From Eledone cirrhosa (lineage: Eukaryota), in assembly GCA_964016885.1 (NCBI GenBank), contig OZ024746.1, positions 90,644,001 through 90,708,000 on the forward strand: DNA of 64,000 nucleotides, given 5' to 3'. Both the position numbers and the translations under genes were made by a program. This document shows positions 24,428-38,643 of the stretch, in pieces; the stretch's first letter is position 1, and each line of letters opens with the position of its first letter. A model generated the notes under the pieces. It was not told the origin of the DNA. It saw only the letters and a list, made by a program, of their open reading frames with translations, and ran no database searches.

Positions 24428-25343
24428 CAGAATCAGTAGAGGAGCTAGAGAATAAATTCTGGCTATGGAAACAGCAGTTGGAATTAAGAGGACTGAGAGT
24501 GAACCTAGTTAAGACAAAAGTGTTGATAAGTAGAAAAGAGGACAAAACTATGATTGCATCAGGGAAATGGCCATGTCCAATATGTAGGAAAGGAACTGGC
24601 ATAAATCCTATGAAATGTACACAATGCAGATCTTGGGTACAGAAGAGATGTAGTGGGATAGCAGGCAAACTAACAGATAGGGAAAATTACGTATGCAGTA
24701 GATGTACAGGGAAATTTGACAGTAGAAGTCGCAGTGATAGACAAATTTTTCAAATGCAGGTAAGTTCTATAGAAGTGGTTGATAGCTTCCGGTACTTAGG
24801 TGATCAGATTAGCATGGGAGGGGGGTGTTCTGAGGCCATAGTATCTAGAATAAGAATGGGTTGGAAGAAGTTTAGAGAGCTGCTTCCTCTGTTGACAAAG
24901 AAGGATTTCTTCTGCGTACAAAAGGCCGGTTATATGATGGCTATGTGAGATGCGCGATGCTGCATGGTAGCGAGACATGGGCAGCAACTGCAGAGGATAT
25001 GCAATGTCAATGTACGTGAGTGACCGAGCATAGATGAGTTGAGAGAGAAACTGTGTATAAAAGGGATAAGTTGTACTGTGCAGGAGAGAAGACTGTGATG
25101 GTATGGACATGTGATGCACATGGAACATGACCTCTGGGTAAATAAGTGTCAAGAAATCCCAGAAGGAAGACGCAGTAGAGGAAGACCACAAAAATCATGG
25201 GCGGAGGTGGTGAGAGCAGACCTCAGATCGCTGAAACTCACGGAGGAGATGACGAAGGACTGTGGCAAGTGGAAAGATACTGTGCTGAATAGGACCCGTG
25301 CCACTCTTGCAAGCAGGGAAAAGCGGACGTAAAATGATGATGA
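24428..25343 (+). mobile_element. RTE LINE 3' portion, frameshifted, short 3' UTR, (ATG)n tail
   Basis: GLRVNLVKTKVL, Cys-rich finger, [21 protein letters not shown] motifs. Confidence 0.9.
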
Positions 25344-25415
25344 TATATATATATATATATATATACACGTATATATATATATACATATACATACATATGT
25401 GTGCCTGTCAACATT

Positions 25416-25416
<1 letters not shown>

Positions 25417-25499
<83 letters not shown>
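25417..25499. repeat. (GCA)n(GTA)n microsatellite
   Basis: Seen directly in sequence. Confidence 0.95.
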
Positions 25500-25500
<1 letters not shown>

Positions 25501-25707
25501 ATTCATTAGTCGTCAGCCATGCTAGAAAAAAGCAGTGAATCACATGACTGCCTCAATGCTCTCTAGTAAGACTTCACCATTGATGTGAAGACTTCTGGGG
25601 ATAACTTGATGTATTTGTCATTGGAGAATGTTGGAGAACAATGGAACAACTTCTCAGAGGAAATTTACCAAACTATTTTCTAACATCTGCTACACAGTAT
25701 CTCTGTA

Positions 25708-26215
25708 TTGTCTGTCAATGTCTGACTGTATATGTCTGTGTTACTCTGTCAATGTCTGACTGTGTTGCTCTGTCAATGTCTGACTGTATATGTCTGTGTT
25801 TGTCTGTCAATGTCTGACTGTATATGTCTGTGTTTGTCTGTCAATGTCTGACTGTATATGTCTGTGTTGCTCTGTCAATGTCTATCAATGTCTGACTGTA
25901 TATGTCTGTGTTGCTCTGTCAATGTCTATCAATGTCTGACTGTATATGTCTGTGTTGTTCTGTCAATGTCTGACTGTATATGTCTGTGTTGTTCTGTCAA
26001 TGTCTGTGTTGTTCTGTCAATGTCTGTGTTGCTCTGTCAATGTCTGACTGTATATGTCTGTGTTGCTCTGTCAATGTCTGGCTGTATATGTCTGTGTTTG
26101 TCTGTCAATGTCTGACTGTATATGTCTGTGTTGCTCTGTATATGTCTGTGTTTGTCTGTCAATGTCTGACTGTATATGTCTGTGTTGTTCTGTCAATGTC
26201 TGGCTGTATATGTGT
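25708..26215. repeat. Degenerate ~34-bp minisatellite
   Basis: Variants of TCTGTCAATGTCTGACTGTATATGTCTGTGTTG. Confidence 0.9.
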
Positions 26216-26669
26216 CTATGTGTGTGCGTGGATGTGTATGTGTGAGTGTTTCTGTGGATGTGTGTGTGTTTCTCTGTTCAATTGTGAGTATGTATGTGTG
26301 TGTGTTTCTCTGTTCAATTGTGAGTATGTATGTGTGTGTGTGTTTCTCAGTGGAAGTGTGTGTGTGTGTGTGTGTGTGTGAGTGTGTGTGTGTGGGTGTT
26401 TCTATGTGTATGTGTATGTGTGAATGTTTCTGCAGATGTATGTGTGTGTTTCTCTTTGTGTGTGCACATGTGAGTGTGCGTGTGCTTCTCTGTATATGTG
26501 TGCACGTGTGAGTGTGCATGTGTGAATTTGTATGTACATATATGTGAGTGTTTGTGCAAGCGAGCATATATGAATAAATATGTATGTATGCACATATATG
26601 TGTGTGGGCGTGCATGTGTTGCTGTGTGTGTGTGTGTGTGAATGTTGAGAAGGCACATGTGAACTCATG

Positions 26670-26905
26670 TGAATATATATGTGATTGGGCATGTCTTAAT
26701 TCATGTGTGTGTGTGTATATATATATATATGTGAGTGGGCATGTCTTAATTCATGTGTGTGTGTGTATATATATATATATATGTGAGTGGGCATGTCTTA
26801 ATTCATGTGTGTGTGTGTGTATATATATATATGTGAGTGGGCATGTCTTAATTCATGTGTGTGTGTGTATATATATATATATGTGAGTGGGCATGTCTTA
26901 ATTCA

Positions 26906-26944
<39 letters not shown>

Positions 26945-26963
26945 GTGGGCATGTCTTAATTCA

Positions 26964-27013
<50 letters not shown>

Positions 27014-27021
27014 TATATATA

Positions 27022-27067
<46 letters not shown>

Positions 27068-27300
27068 TGGGTGCGTGTTAATTCATGTGTGTGTGTGTGT
27101 GTGTATGTATATATATATGTGAGTGCATACATATGTGTGTGAGTGGGTTGTGTTAATTCATGTAAATGTATATATCTATGTGTGGGTGTGTTAATTCATG
27201 TGTATATATATATATATATGTGTGTGAGTAGGTTGTGTTAATTCATGTGTAGATATATGTGTATGAATTCATGTGTATGAATTCCTGTGTAGATATATGT
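26670..27300. repeat. Compound repeat: constant GTGAGTGGGCATGTCTTAATTCAT plus variable (GT)n(AT)n
   Basis: About 6 conserved and several degenerate units. Confidence 0.85.
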
Positions 27301-27385
27301 GTGAATGTGTGATTGTATGTGTGTGAAGTCATGTACATATATGAGTGAGTTGTTGTGTGTTAATTCATATGTATATATGTATATA

Positions 27386-27720
27386 TGGTCCCGTAGCTCC
27401 TCAGAGGCATTGGAGCGCCATGTTGACATACAGCGTTTCTTGGGGATTTTAAACCTAGTGGAGCCCATCCCTCTCCAGGCCTGAGTACAGCAGATTTCTT
27501 CCAGAGAAAGATAGAGAGAGTAAGAGAGAGAGAGGAAATAAGAAAGAGATATAGAGGAAGAATTCACCCCAGTACTAAACTGGTACTTGTTTTTATCAAC
27601 CTCGAAAGGATGAAAGGCAAAGTTGACCTCAGCAGGATTTGAACTCAGAGAGCAGAGAGCTGGAACTAATACCACAAAACATTCTATCCGACATTCTAAC
27701 AACTCTGCCAATTCGCTGCC
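27386..27720 (-). mobile_element. SINE C, full length
   Basis: Head GGCAGCGAATTGGCAGAGTTGTTAG, B-box GAGTTCAAATCC, shared core, family C tail. Confidence 0.85.
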
Positions 27721-27744
27721 TATATAGTAGTGGTGTTCTATTAA

Positions 27745-28171
27745 CCCTTTAGCATTTACATTACTCTATATATACTATTAGGGCGGTGGATTGGCAGTAT
27801 CGGTAGAGGGTCGGACGCCATGCTTTCCAGCATAGTTACGTCCCTTTACGATTTGAGTTCAAATCCCGCCGAGGTTGACTTTGCCTTTCATCCTTACGGG
27901 GTCGATAAAATAAAGTACCAGTAATGCACTGGGTAATTGCTGGCCTTGTGCCTAAAGTAGAAACAATTACTCTATATATACTATTATATTTTCATGGCAA
28001 AGGCTTTATCTCACATAATTATCTCACATAATATCGAATCTATGAGATTTTGAAAGTATTTATTTTGAGAACAATACCTTAACATCAGTTTGAGTGACCA
28101 GTTACAGCCAGTTTCAACAGAAAGGGGTGAGAGAATTCTGGCCGGTTTTGGCTGGTTTGAACATTAAAGGG
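27745..28171. mobile_element. piggyBac-type MITE with nested full-length SINE A (27781-27969)
   Basis: TTAA-flanked TIRs; SINE TSD ATTACTCTATATATACTATTA. Confidence 0.9.
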
Positions 28172-28683
28172 TTAAACTATAGTCACTATACTATGTAGTT
28201 AGTATTATCACAGAAATAATTATACTGCATTTAATATGTATAATAATACATAAGTACTGTACTAGAACAAATACTGTAGAATGTGTTTGTGTCTGTTGGT
28301 GTACATGTGTGTGTTGGTGTATGTGTGTGTGTTGGTGTACGTGTGTATGTATTGGTGTATGTATTTGTGTGGACATGTGTGTTGGTCTATATCTGTGTTG
28401 GTGTATGTGATGGTAGATGTGTGTGTTGGTGTGTGTGCATGTGTATGTGTGTGTGTTGGTGTACGTGTTACTGATGCGTGTGTGTGAGTAATAATGAACA
28501 TGTACTATTGAATGCGTCTTCGCTAATGTATGTATGTGTGAGCTTATATATATACATGCACAAGGTTATGAGTATGTGTATACTAATGTATGTGTATGTA
28601 CAGGTGTACGTATGTGCAGTAATGTATGTGTGTGTGTGTATTAATGTATATGTGTAGCAATGTATATGTGTGTGTATTAATGT

Positions 28684-29449
28684 ATCATCATCATCATCAT
28701 CAGGTTTAGCGTCCGTGTTCCACGCTTGCATGGGTTTGGACGGGGGTTTTCCCACTTGAGGCAAGAGTGGTTGTCTTGCTCGCATAGGACTGTCTGGCGG
28801 GTTTTCTACAGTTGGATGCCCTTCCTAACACCTACCACATTTACAGTGTGGGGCTGGGAGGTTTTTACCGTGTTGCCTACACGGCCACATTACAGCGTGG
28901 ACTGTCTGGCTGGTTTTCTACAGCTGGATGCCCTTCCTAACACCAACCACATTTACAGTGTGGGGCTGGGAGGTTTTTACCGTGTTGCCTACACGGCCAC
29001 ATTTACAGCGTGGACTGTGTGTTTTTTTGTCGTGACACCTACACGATCTCATTTGTTTCGGCCTGGATGTTGTGGGACCAACATAACTTTACATTGAAAG
29101 GGGCGGTGTGGGTGGGGTGGAGGTGGTGGGACGGGGGTGTGTTTTGATAGAGGTGCCTACTGACTGTAGTAGGTTTTTACTTTGTATTTAGGTAAGGCGG
29201 GTCTTCTCTATTACTGAGTACCGCCAAAGGTCTCGGTCCAGTGACATTGTCTTGGAGAGGTGTAAGCGTGTGAGGTCGGAATTTATCAGCTCGTCCCATG
29301 TTTTTCTGGGTCTGCCTACTCCGTGGCTACCGTCTATCTTTATTGCCCTGCACTTTGTTATACAGCTGTCGTCTTTCATGCGCATCACGTGACCGTACCA
29401 ACGTAGCCTTCTCTCGAGTAAACAACATCTGATCCCTCTTATTTCTAAG
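28684..29449 (-). mobile_element. RTE LINE 3' end with long 3' UTR
   Basis: ORF 29188-29457(-) ERRLRWYGHVMRM...GRPRKTW; closely related to 62600-63255. Confidence 0.9.
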
Positions 29450-29454
29450 TGTAG

Positions 29455-31258
29455 CAATGTATATGTGTGTGTATTAATGTATATGTGTAGTAATATATGT
29501 ATATTAATGTATATGTGTAGTAATATATGTATATTAATGTATATGTGTAGTAATATATGTATATTAATGTATATGTGTAGTAATATATGTGTATTAATGT
29601 ATATGTGTAGTAATATATGTGTATTAATGTATATGTGTAGTAATATATGTGTATTAATGTATATGTGTAGTAATATATGTGTATTAATGTATATGTGTAG
29701 TAATATATGTGTAGTAATATGTGTATTAATGTATATGTGTAGTAATGTATATGTGTATTAATGTATATGTGTAGTAATGTATGTGTAGTAATATATGTGT
29801 AGTAATATGTGTAGTAATGTATATGTGTAGTAATATATGTGTATTAATGTATGTGTAGTAATATATGTATATTAATGTATATGTGTAGTAATATATGTAT
29901 ATTAATGTATATGTGTATTAATGTATATGTGTAATAATGTATATGTGTAGTAATATATGTGTATTAATGTATATGTGTAGTAATATATGTGTATTAATGT
30001 ATATGTGTAGTAATATATGTGTATTAATGTATATGTGTAGTAATATATGTGTATTAATGTATATGTGTGGTAATATATGTGTATTAATATATGTGGATTA
30101 ATGTATATGTGTAGTAATATATGTGTAGTAATATATGTGTATTAATGTATATGTGTAGTAATATATGTGTATTAATGTATGTGTAGTAATATATGTGTAT
30201 TAATGTATATGTGTAGTAATATATGTGTATTAATGTATATGTGTAGTAATATATGTGTATTAATGTATATGTGTAGTAATATATGTGTATTAATGTATAT
30301 GTGTAGTAATATATGTGTATTAATGTATATGTGTAGTAATATATGTGTATTAATGTATATGTGTAGTAATATATGTGTATTAATGTATATGTGTAGTAAT
30401 ATATGTGTATTAATGTATATGTGTAGTAATATATGTGTAGTAATATATGTGTAGTAATGTATATGTGTAGTAATATATGTATATTAATGTATATGTGTAG
30501 TAATATATGTGTAGTAATATATGTGTAGTAATGTATATGTGTAGTAATATATGTATATTAATGTATATGTGTAGTAATATATGTATATTAATGTATATGT
30601 GTAGTAATATATGTATATTAATGTATATGTGTAGTAATATATGTATATTAATGTATATGTGTAGTAATATATGTGTATTAATGTATATGTGTAGTAATAT
30701 ATGTATATTAATGTATATGTGTAGTAATATATGTATATTAATGTATATGTGTAGTAATATATGTGTGTAGTAATATATGTATATTAATGTATATGTGTAG
30801 TAATATATGTATATTAATGTATATGTGTAGTAATATATGTGTATTAATGTATATGTGTAGTAATATATGTGTATTAATGTATATGTGTAGTAATATATGT
30901 ATATTAATGTATATGTGTAGTAATATATGTATATTAATGTATATGTGTAGTAATATATGTATATTAATGTATATGTGTAGTAATATATGTATATTAATGT
31001 ATATGTGTAGTAATATATGTATATTAATGTATATGTGTAGTAATATATGTATATTAATGTATATGTGTAGTAATATATGTATATTAATGTATATGTGTAG
31101 TAATATATGTATATTAATGTATATGTGTAGTAATATATGTGTAGTAATGAATATGTGTAGTAATATATGTATATTAATGTATATGTGTAGTAATATATGT
31201 GTATTAATGTATATGTGTAGTAATATAGTAATATATGTATATTAATGTATATGTGTAT
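29455..31258. repeat. 30-bp minisatellite (about 1.8 kb)
   Basis: Unit ATATGTGTAGTAATATATGTRTATTAATGT. Confidence 0.95.
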
Positions 31259-32446
31259 GCTTGATGAACATCCCTTAAGTTATTACCACATATTTCCACA
31301 AGAAGTTGTATCTGTACACTAGAGAAAACAGGAACCAACCTTTCTAAAGACATTTTCCTCTTTACAGAGTAAAAGGTCAACACATTCTAAATATGTTTTG
31401 AACATGGAGAAAATGAAAAGATATTCTAATAGAGTTTGCAGACATAATGCAGTTGGTAAGGTAGTTATCTGACAAATAATAATAAAACACATTTTTTAAA
31501 GGGTACTGGATTACCAGCAAAGAGGCCAATCATATTTTGCTACTGGCATTGCAACATGTCTATGGCTGAGATATTTAGCTTTCCATAATGCAGCCCTCCT
31601 ATCTTGCAAAGTAGATAATTGTTTCTACTTTTGGCACAAGGCCAGCAATTACCCAGTACATTACTGGTACTTTATTTTGCAAAGTAGCTAATGCTGGCTA
31701 TCATAATTCACAGGTAGTAACACTGTAAAAATGGATGGCCAATTTTTTAACTTGCAGTGAAGAGTTCAATTTTATCTGCAGGGAAAAGCTGCTCATTATA
31801 GATTTGGCATCCTACCCAGAGAAAGATTTGTCTCACTCACCAGGTTAATGATTTGGAAACCAAAGATAAAATACTAGTGTGGTATTTTATATCTAGTATG
31901 TGAAAGGAAATGGGGGCATTTTTGGAGAACGATTATGAATGCCACTACTCAAATATTGGTATAAAATTATATTTATCTCAAAAGAAAATATACAGAGGTT
32001 TAAAAATACCTGAGGAATGGTGTAAAGGTGTTAATATAGATTGTAAGTATCTGTGTGTGGGGGGGGGGGGGGTATTCTTATATGAGAGACATACAAGACT
32101 ATTAGGAATGATGAAATAGGTAATAGACAGCCATCCAAGAGACCAAAACGATGATAAAAATAAAACTAGAAAGTAAACCACTAAAATGGACTACAAAAAT
32201 ATCTATTGTGGTTTGTTTTATCTCAGAAATTCAGAAACTTGCAGTGGAGATACAAGCCAAAACTTGATACTTTCTTTCGTCCAGCACCACAATTATGCCT
32301 ACATTTCAATAATAACACCATTTATGTTGAAAACTTTAGGAAATCTGATATATGTAGTGTGAGACGGAATTAAAGCCTTGATGTCAAACAACTGGTATTG
32401 CTAGTCTCATGATATATACCTAGGAAAGTTTACCAATATCAAGTGA

Positions 32447-32629
32447 GTTTAAACATGAAGGTGTTCAAACTGGCTGTAACCAGCCGCTCATACTGGCATT
32501 AAGATATTGTTCTCAAAATAAATAACATCAAAATCTCATAGATCCAATATTATGTGAGATAATTATGTAAGATAAAGCTGTTACCACAAAAATATAATAG
32601 TATATATAGAGTAATGTAAATGGTAAGGG
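32447..32629. mobile_element. piggyBac-type MITE (left end eroded)
   Basis: Internal match to the family; ends AAGGG|TTAA. Confidence 0.75.
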
Positions 32630-33657
32630 TTAAGCCAAGTGTAACACCAGTAAAGGGTTAAGCCAAGTGTAACACCAGTAAAGGGTTAAGCCAAGTGTAA
32701 CACCAGTAAAGGGTTAAGCCAAGTGTAACACCAGTAAAGGGTTAAGCCAAGTGTAACACCAGTAAAGGGTTAAGCCAAGTGTAACACCAGTAAAGGGTTA
32801 AGCCAAGTGTAACACCAGTAAAGGGTTAAGCCAAGTTTAACACCAGTAAAGGGTTAAGCCAAGTGTAACACCAGTAAAGGGTTAAGCCAAGTGTAACACC
32901 AGTAAAGGGTTAAGCCAAGTGTAACACCAATAAAGGGTTAAGCCAAGTGTAACACCAGTAAAGGGTTAAGCCAAGTGTAACACCAGTAAAGGGTTAAGCC
33001 AAGTGTAACACCAGTAAAGGGTTAAGCCAAGTGTAACACCAGTAAAGGGTTAAGCCAAGTGTAACACCAGTAAAGGGTTAAGCCAAGTTTAACACCAGTA
33101 AAGGGTTAAGCCAAGTGTAACACCAATAAAGGGTTAAGCCAAGTGTAACACCAGTAAAGGGTTAAGCCAAGTGTAACACCAGTAAAGGGTTAAGCCAAGT
33201 GTAACACCAGTAAAGGGTTAAGCCAAGTGTAACACCAGTAAAGGGTTAAGCCAAGTGTAACACCAGTAAAGGGTTAAGCCAAGTGTAACACCAGTAAAGG
33301 GTTAAGCCAAGTGTAACACCAGTAAAGGGTTAAGCCAAGTGTAACACCAGTAAAGGGTTAAGCCAAGTGTAACACCAGTAAAGGGTTAAGCCAAGTTTAA
33401 CACCAGTAAAGGGTTAAGCCAAGTGTAACACCAGTAAAGGGTTAAGCCAAGTGTAACACCAGTAAAGGGTTAAGCCAAGTGTAACACCAATAAAGGGTTA
33501 AGCCAAGTGTAACACCAGTAAAGGGTTAAGCCAAGTGTAACACCAGTAAAGGGTTAAGCCAAGTGTAACACCAGTAAAGGGTTAAGCCAAGTGTAACACC
33601 AGTAAAGGGTTAAGCCAAGTGTAACACCAGTAAAGGGTTAAGCCAAGTTTAACACCA
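32624..33657. repeat. 28-bp minisatellite (about 36 copies) starting at the MITE right end
   Basis: Unit TAAAGGGTTAAGCCAAGTGTAACACCAG. Confidence 0.95.
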
Positions 33658-33698
33658 AACACATTAACAGATTTAAAATGCATTGGTATTGTACATAG

Positions 33699-34535
33699 TG
33701 GTTGTAATGTCAGTCATAAGTTGTCTACAATGTCAGTCATAAAGTGTCTCTAATGTCAGGTATGAGATTGTTGTAATGTCAGTCATAAGTTGTCTCCAAT
33801 GTCAGTCATAAGTTGTCTCCAATGTCAGTCATAAGTTGTCTCCAATGTCAGTCATGAGATGGTTGTAATGTCAGGCATGAGATGGTTGTAATGTCAGTCA
33901 TAAGGTGTCTCTAATGTCAGGTATGAGATGGTTGTAATGTCAGTCATAAGGTGTCTCCAATGTCAGTCATAAAGTGTCTCCAATGTCAGGTATGAGATTG
34001 TTGTAATGTCAGTCATAAGTTGTCTCCAATGTTAGTCATAAGGTGTCTCCAATGTCAGTTATAAAGTGTCTCCAATGTCAGTCATGAGATGGTTGTAATG
34101 TCAGTCATAAGATGTCTCCAATGTCAGTCATAAGTTGTCTCCAATGTCAGTCATAAGTTGTCTCCAATGTCAGTCCTAAAGTGTCTCCAATGTCAGGTAT
34201 GAGATTGTTGTAATGTCAGTCATAAGTTGTCTCCAATGTCAGTCCTAAAGTGTCTCCAATGTCAGGTATGAGATTGTTGTAATGTCAGTCATAAGTTGTC
34301 TCCAATGTCAGTCCTAAAGTGTCTCTAATGTCAGGTATGAGATTGTTGTAATGTCAGTCATAAGTTGTCTCCAATGTCAGGTATGAGATGGTTGTAATGT
34401 CAGTCATAAGTTGTCTCCAATGTCAGGTATGAGATGGTTGTAATGTCAGTTGTAAGCCGTCTCCAATGTCAGTCCTAAAGTGTCTCTAATGTCAGGTATG
34501 AGATTGTTGTAATGTCAGTCATAAGCCGTCTCCAA
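33699..34535. repeat. 23-bp minisatellite with alternating variants
   Basis: AATGTCAGTCATAAGTTGTCTCC and AATGTCAGGTATGAGATKGTTGT. Confidence 0.95.
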
Positions 34536-34819
34536 TCACCATCTTTAGCAATACAACCCTTATTCTGGATTGATCCACTGAGATAGGAGTATGTTGCTAT
34601 TGCAGATGGTAAAGACACTGGACAATTGACAAGAGTGTTCTACATATGCAGTAGAGTAATAAAGATCTTGTCAGAAAGAAGTTACAAGTTCAACCATCAC
34701 CAGCAAACAATCTGACATTGTTGTGGATATTTCATTTGATGGATGTCACGGTCTCAACTTGAAGATGGTTTTACAAATGTCGTCTCAAACAACTGGTATT
34801 GCTAGTTTCATCATCCACA

Positions 34820-35005
34820 GTGGTTGATTGGCAGAATATAGTTACGGCCCTTTACAGTCTGAGTTCAAATCCTGCCGAGGTTAGCTTTGCCTTTTATCCT
34901 TATGAGGTCGATAAAATAAGGCACCAGTAATGCACTGGGGTCGATCTAATCAACTTTCCCTTCCCCCCAAATTACTGGCCTTGTACCTATAGTAGAAATC
35001 ATTAT
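34820..35005 (+). mobile_element. SINE A variant
   Basis: Match to family A with a longer GGGGTCGAT.TAATCAAC segment. Confidence 0.8.
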
Positions 35006-35872
35006 ATTTTAACGCCGACCTATCAAACCTATACCAGCATTGCTAGATGATGATGATGATGATGATGATGATGGTGATGAAATGGAATTTTTGTATACTT
35101 ATAAAAATTAATCAAATTCGTTCATGGGAATCTAATAACGATAAATGTTTGTTGCTTGCCATACCAACCTCCTTCGGAAAAACAAAAAAAAAAAACAATT
35201 ATACCATATCACTAAAATTAGCAACTCAATATTAAATATATGTTCTTCATCCTTTGAAAAACTGAGACCTTACAAACTACAATGAAAAATAAAGCAAAAA
35301 CTAACACTTGAATGACTAAACAACATTTAAGACAACAAAAAATGTTTAATACTAAAGAAAAAGTTTCTGAACATCTTTTATTAGTGTAAAATATTAGAGA
35401 TAAATTTGTTTAGTGATATTTACAATGGTGCCATAATTATGGTGTTGTCGGTTTATGTTTCAGAAACATAAACCATATTCTTATAATTTCAAAAGATTAG
35501 GTGAGGGATGGGGCAGGGGGAGATTAGTTAAATAAATTTACCAGTAGCTGGTGCATACTAATTAATTGAAAACAACTATTAATGAATATTCAACAACCTT
35601 GCTCGTTCATGCACACACACGTATACACACACACACGCACATACATATAAACACACGCACGTACAAACACACATATGTACAAACATACAGACATGCATAC
35701 ACACTCATACAAATACACGTATGCATTCATACACACACATGCACACAGACAAACACACACACTCATTAAATCTTTTTTCAAATGATTGAATAACCATTCT
35801 TCTGAAAACAGATTAAAAGAAAAATGTTACCAAAAAAATACCATTATCGGTGCTTTAACTGTCCTGTCCCCC

Positions 35873-36445
35873 GTGGAACCACATTAGCAAGACATTCTAA
35901 CTCTATATCCTGTACCATGTGGAACCACATTAGCAAGACATTCTAACTCTATATCCTGTACCATATAGAACCACATTAGCAAGACATTCTAACTCTATAC
36001 CCTGTACCATGTGGAACCACATTAGCAAGACATTCTAACTTTATATCCTGTACCATGTGGAACCACATTAGCAAGACATTCTAACTCTATACCCTGTACC
36101 ATGTGGAACCACATTAGCAAGACATTCTAACTCTATACCCTGTACCATGTGGAACCACATTAGCAAGACATTCTAACTCTATATCCTGTACCATGTGGAA
36201 CCACATTAGCAAGACATTTTAACTCTGTCCTGTACCACGCGGAACCACATTAGCAAGACATTCTAACTGTATATCCTGTACCACGCGGAACCACATTAGC
36301 AAGACATTCTAACTCTATATCCTGTACCATGTGGAACCACATTAGCAAGACATTCTAACTCTATATCCTGTACCATGTGGAACCACATGAGCAAGACATT
36401 TTAATTCTGTCCTGTACCACGCGGAACCACATTAGCAAGACATTG
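35873..36445. repeat. 46-bp minisatellite (about 12 copies)
   Basis: Unit GTGGAACCACATTAGCAAGACATTCTAACTCTATATCCTGTACCAT. Confidence 0.95.
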
Positions 36446-37313
36446 TTACAGTATCAGACAACATACCTTATCGTATTTGTTTCAGCTCTTTGAGTTCTGT
36501 GTTCAAACCCTGCTATGGCCTACATGTCTGGTAGACTTAATCCCTCCCCCTCTTTAACAGCAGCACAAGACCCTTACATACCTTTAGTGGAGCCCACCAT
36601 ATTGTAAATATTTGAAGTTTGAGGATACCTTCCTCTCTTCCACCAATTTCAGAGGCTTTCCTTCTCTCTTTTATTAAATTGTTAAAAACAAAGTTAAGAT
36701 TGCAGACTTAATGAACCATACTCATCTTATTCCTTTCCAGTCAATGTCGATACTCAGTAGTTTCTGCTTATCTTTCACTCTTATGTAGTACCACACTTCA
36801 TACACACCCACCTCCCTTATGGTCAATGTCCCTATACTATTGTCAACAGAGGTCATAGTCCTCGAAAACATATCTTAATAGATGCTTTACAAATACAGCA
36901 GATAGAAATGGAGTAGAGGCAGTGGCAGAGCAAGGTAATAAATAAAGGTAATCTTATAGCAAATTTCTCCACAATGGGTTTTTTTTGGGGGGGGGGGGGG
37001 GGGGGTCTGCCACACACAACCATCTTAATATTGACCTATGACCTCAGAACCCCATAACCTAGATAAAGAGTTCTCTGGTTGAAGGACTATGTGACAAGAA
37101 CAATAGATAAATTAGTCTGTTCTTCCAGTCTGAGAAAGACAGTTCCTCAGGCCTGCCATGTAGGGCACATTCATACTGGAATCTACTGGCACTAGCTAAG
37201 AAAGTTACCAACACAGATCAGTTAAACATTAGTTACACACATATATTGTGTAACTAATATATACATATATATACACATTAGTTACATATTAGTTGTGTAA
37301 CTAATATATACAC

Positions 37314-37749
37314 ATCATCATCACCGTTTTACGTCCGTTCTTCCACGCTAGCATGGGTTAGACGGGTTGTCCTGTTGTGCGCAGTGTCTGGTCGGCTGAC
37401 CATGCCTTGCTCATACAGGAACTGATTTGGCTTGATTTCTACAGCTGGATGCCCTTCCTAACACCAACCTCATTTACAGTGAGTGCTGGGTGCTTTTTCA
37501 TGGCACCTACACATCCACTTTACAGTATGGGCTGGATGCTTTTTTGCCGTAGCACCTCCACGACCACCTTGCAGTGGGAGGGTGTGGGGGCATATTGTCT
37601 ATATGCTTCAGCTTGTACCCATGGGAGGTCGGGTACTCTGTATTACTGCGTGACGCCAGAGGTCACGGTCATGCGCCATCGCCTTTGAGAGGTGTAATTG
37701 GGTAAGGTCGGCTTTTATCACCTCATCCCAGGTCATCTTGGGTCTCCCC
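37314..37749 (-). mobile_element. RTE LINE 3' end (same subfamily as 57171-58670)
   Basis: Reverse complement of about 58225-58665. Confidence 0.9.
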
Positions 37750-37852
37750 GCATATATATACATTAGTTACATATTAGATGTGGAACTAATATATATACAT
37801 ATATACACATTAGTTATATATTAGTTGTGTAACTAATATATACACATATATA

Positions 37853-38163
37853 TGGAGGCACATGGCTTAGTGGTTAGAGCATTGGGCTTGCAATCGAAAG
37901 GTTGTGAGTTCAATTCTCAGACCGGGTGATGTGTTGTTTCCTTGAGCAAGACACTTTATTTCACATTGCTCCAGTTCACTCAGCTGTAGAAATGCAAAGT
38001 CGTCGTGGAGGTGCCACGGCAAAAAAGCACCCAGCACTCACTGTAAATGAGGTTGGTGTTAGGAAGGGCATCCAGCTGTAGAAATCAAGCCAGAATCAGT
38101 TCCCGTCCCACCCTTGCAAGCAGGGAAAAGCGGACGTAAAATGATGATGATGATGATGATGAT
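37853..38163 (+). mobile_element. SINE family B, full length
   Basis: tRNA head, CORE-like body, RTE tail, (GAT)n. Confidence 0.9.
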
Positions 38164-38386
38164 ATACACAATAGTTACATATTAGTTGTTGTGTAACACA
38201 TATACACACATTAGTTACACACGTATATTGCGTAACTGATATACACACATTACTTACACACATGGTACACAACGATACATGCCTTCTTTTTCAGTTGTCC
38301 ATTGCTGCCCATGACTTCCAAGTAAATCATGTTACAAATAAAAACATTACAATTAGCAATGTTTTGTTCACTTGTTTGTGGTTATC

Positions 38387-38643
38387 CATCATCATCATCA
38401 TCGTTTAACGTCCATCTTCCACATTAGCATGGGTCTGGACGGGAATTGTCCCATTTGAGGCAAGATTCGTTGTCTGGTGGGTTTTCTACACCTGGATGCC
38501 CTTCCTAACACCAACCATGTTTACAGTGTGGACTGGGAGGTTTTTACCGTGTTACCTACACGGCCGCATTGCAACGTGGACTGTGTTTTTTTGTTGTGAT
38601 ACCTACACGACCTCATTTATTTAGGACTGGATGTTGTGGTACC
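38387..38643 (-). mobile_element. RTE 3' UTR fragment
   Basis: Matches 49730-50012. Confidence 0.8.

Noticed and set aside
26670-26990. CRISPR-like constant 24-bp repeat with variable spacers
   Set aside because: Spacers are only (GT)n(AT)n length variants; eukaryotic context with no cas genes.
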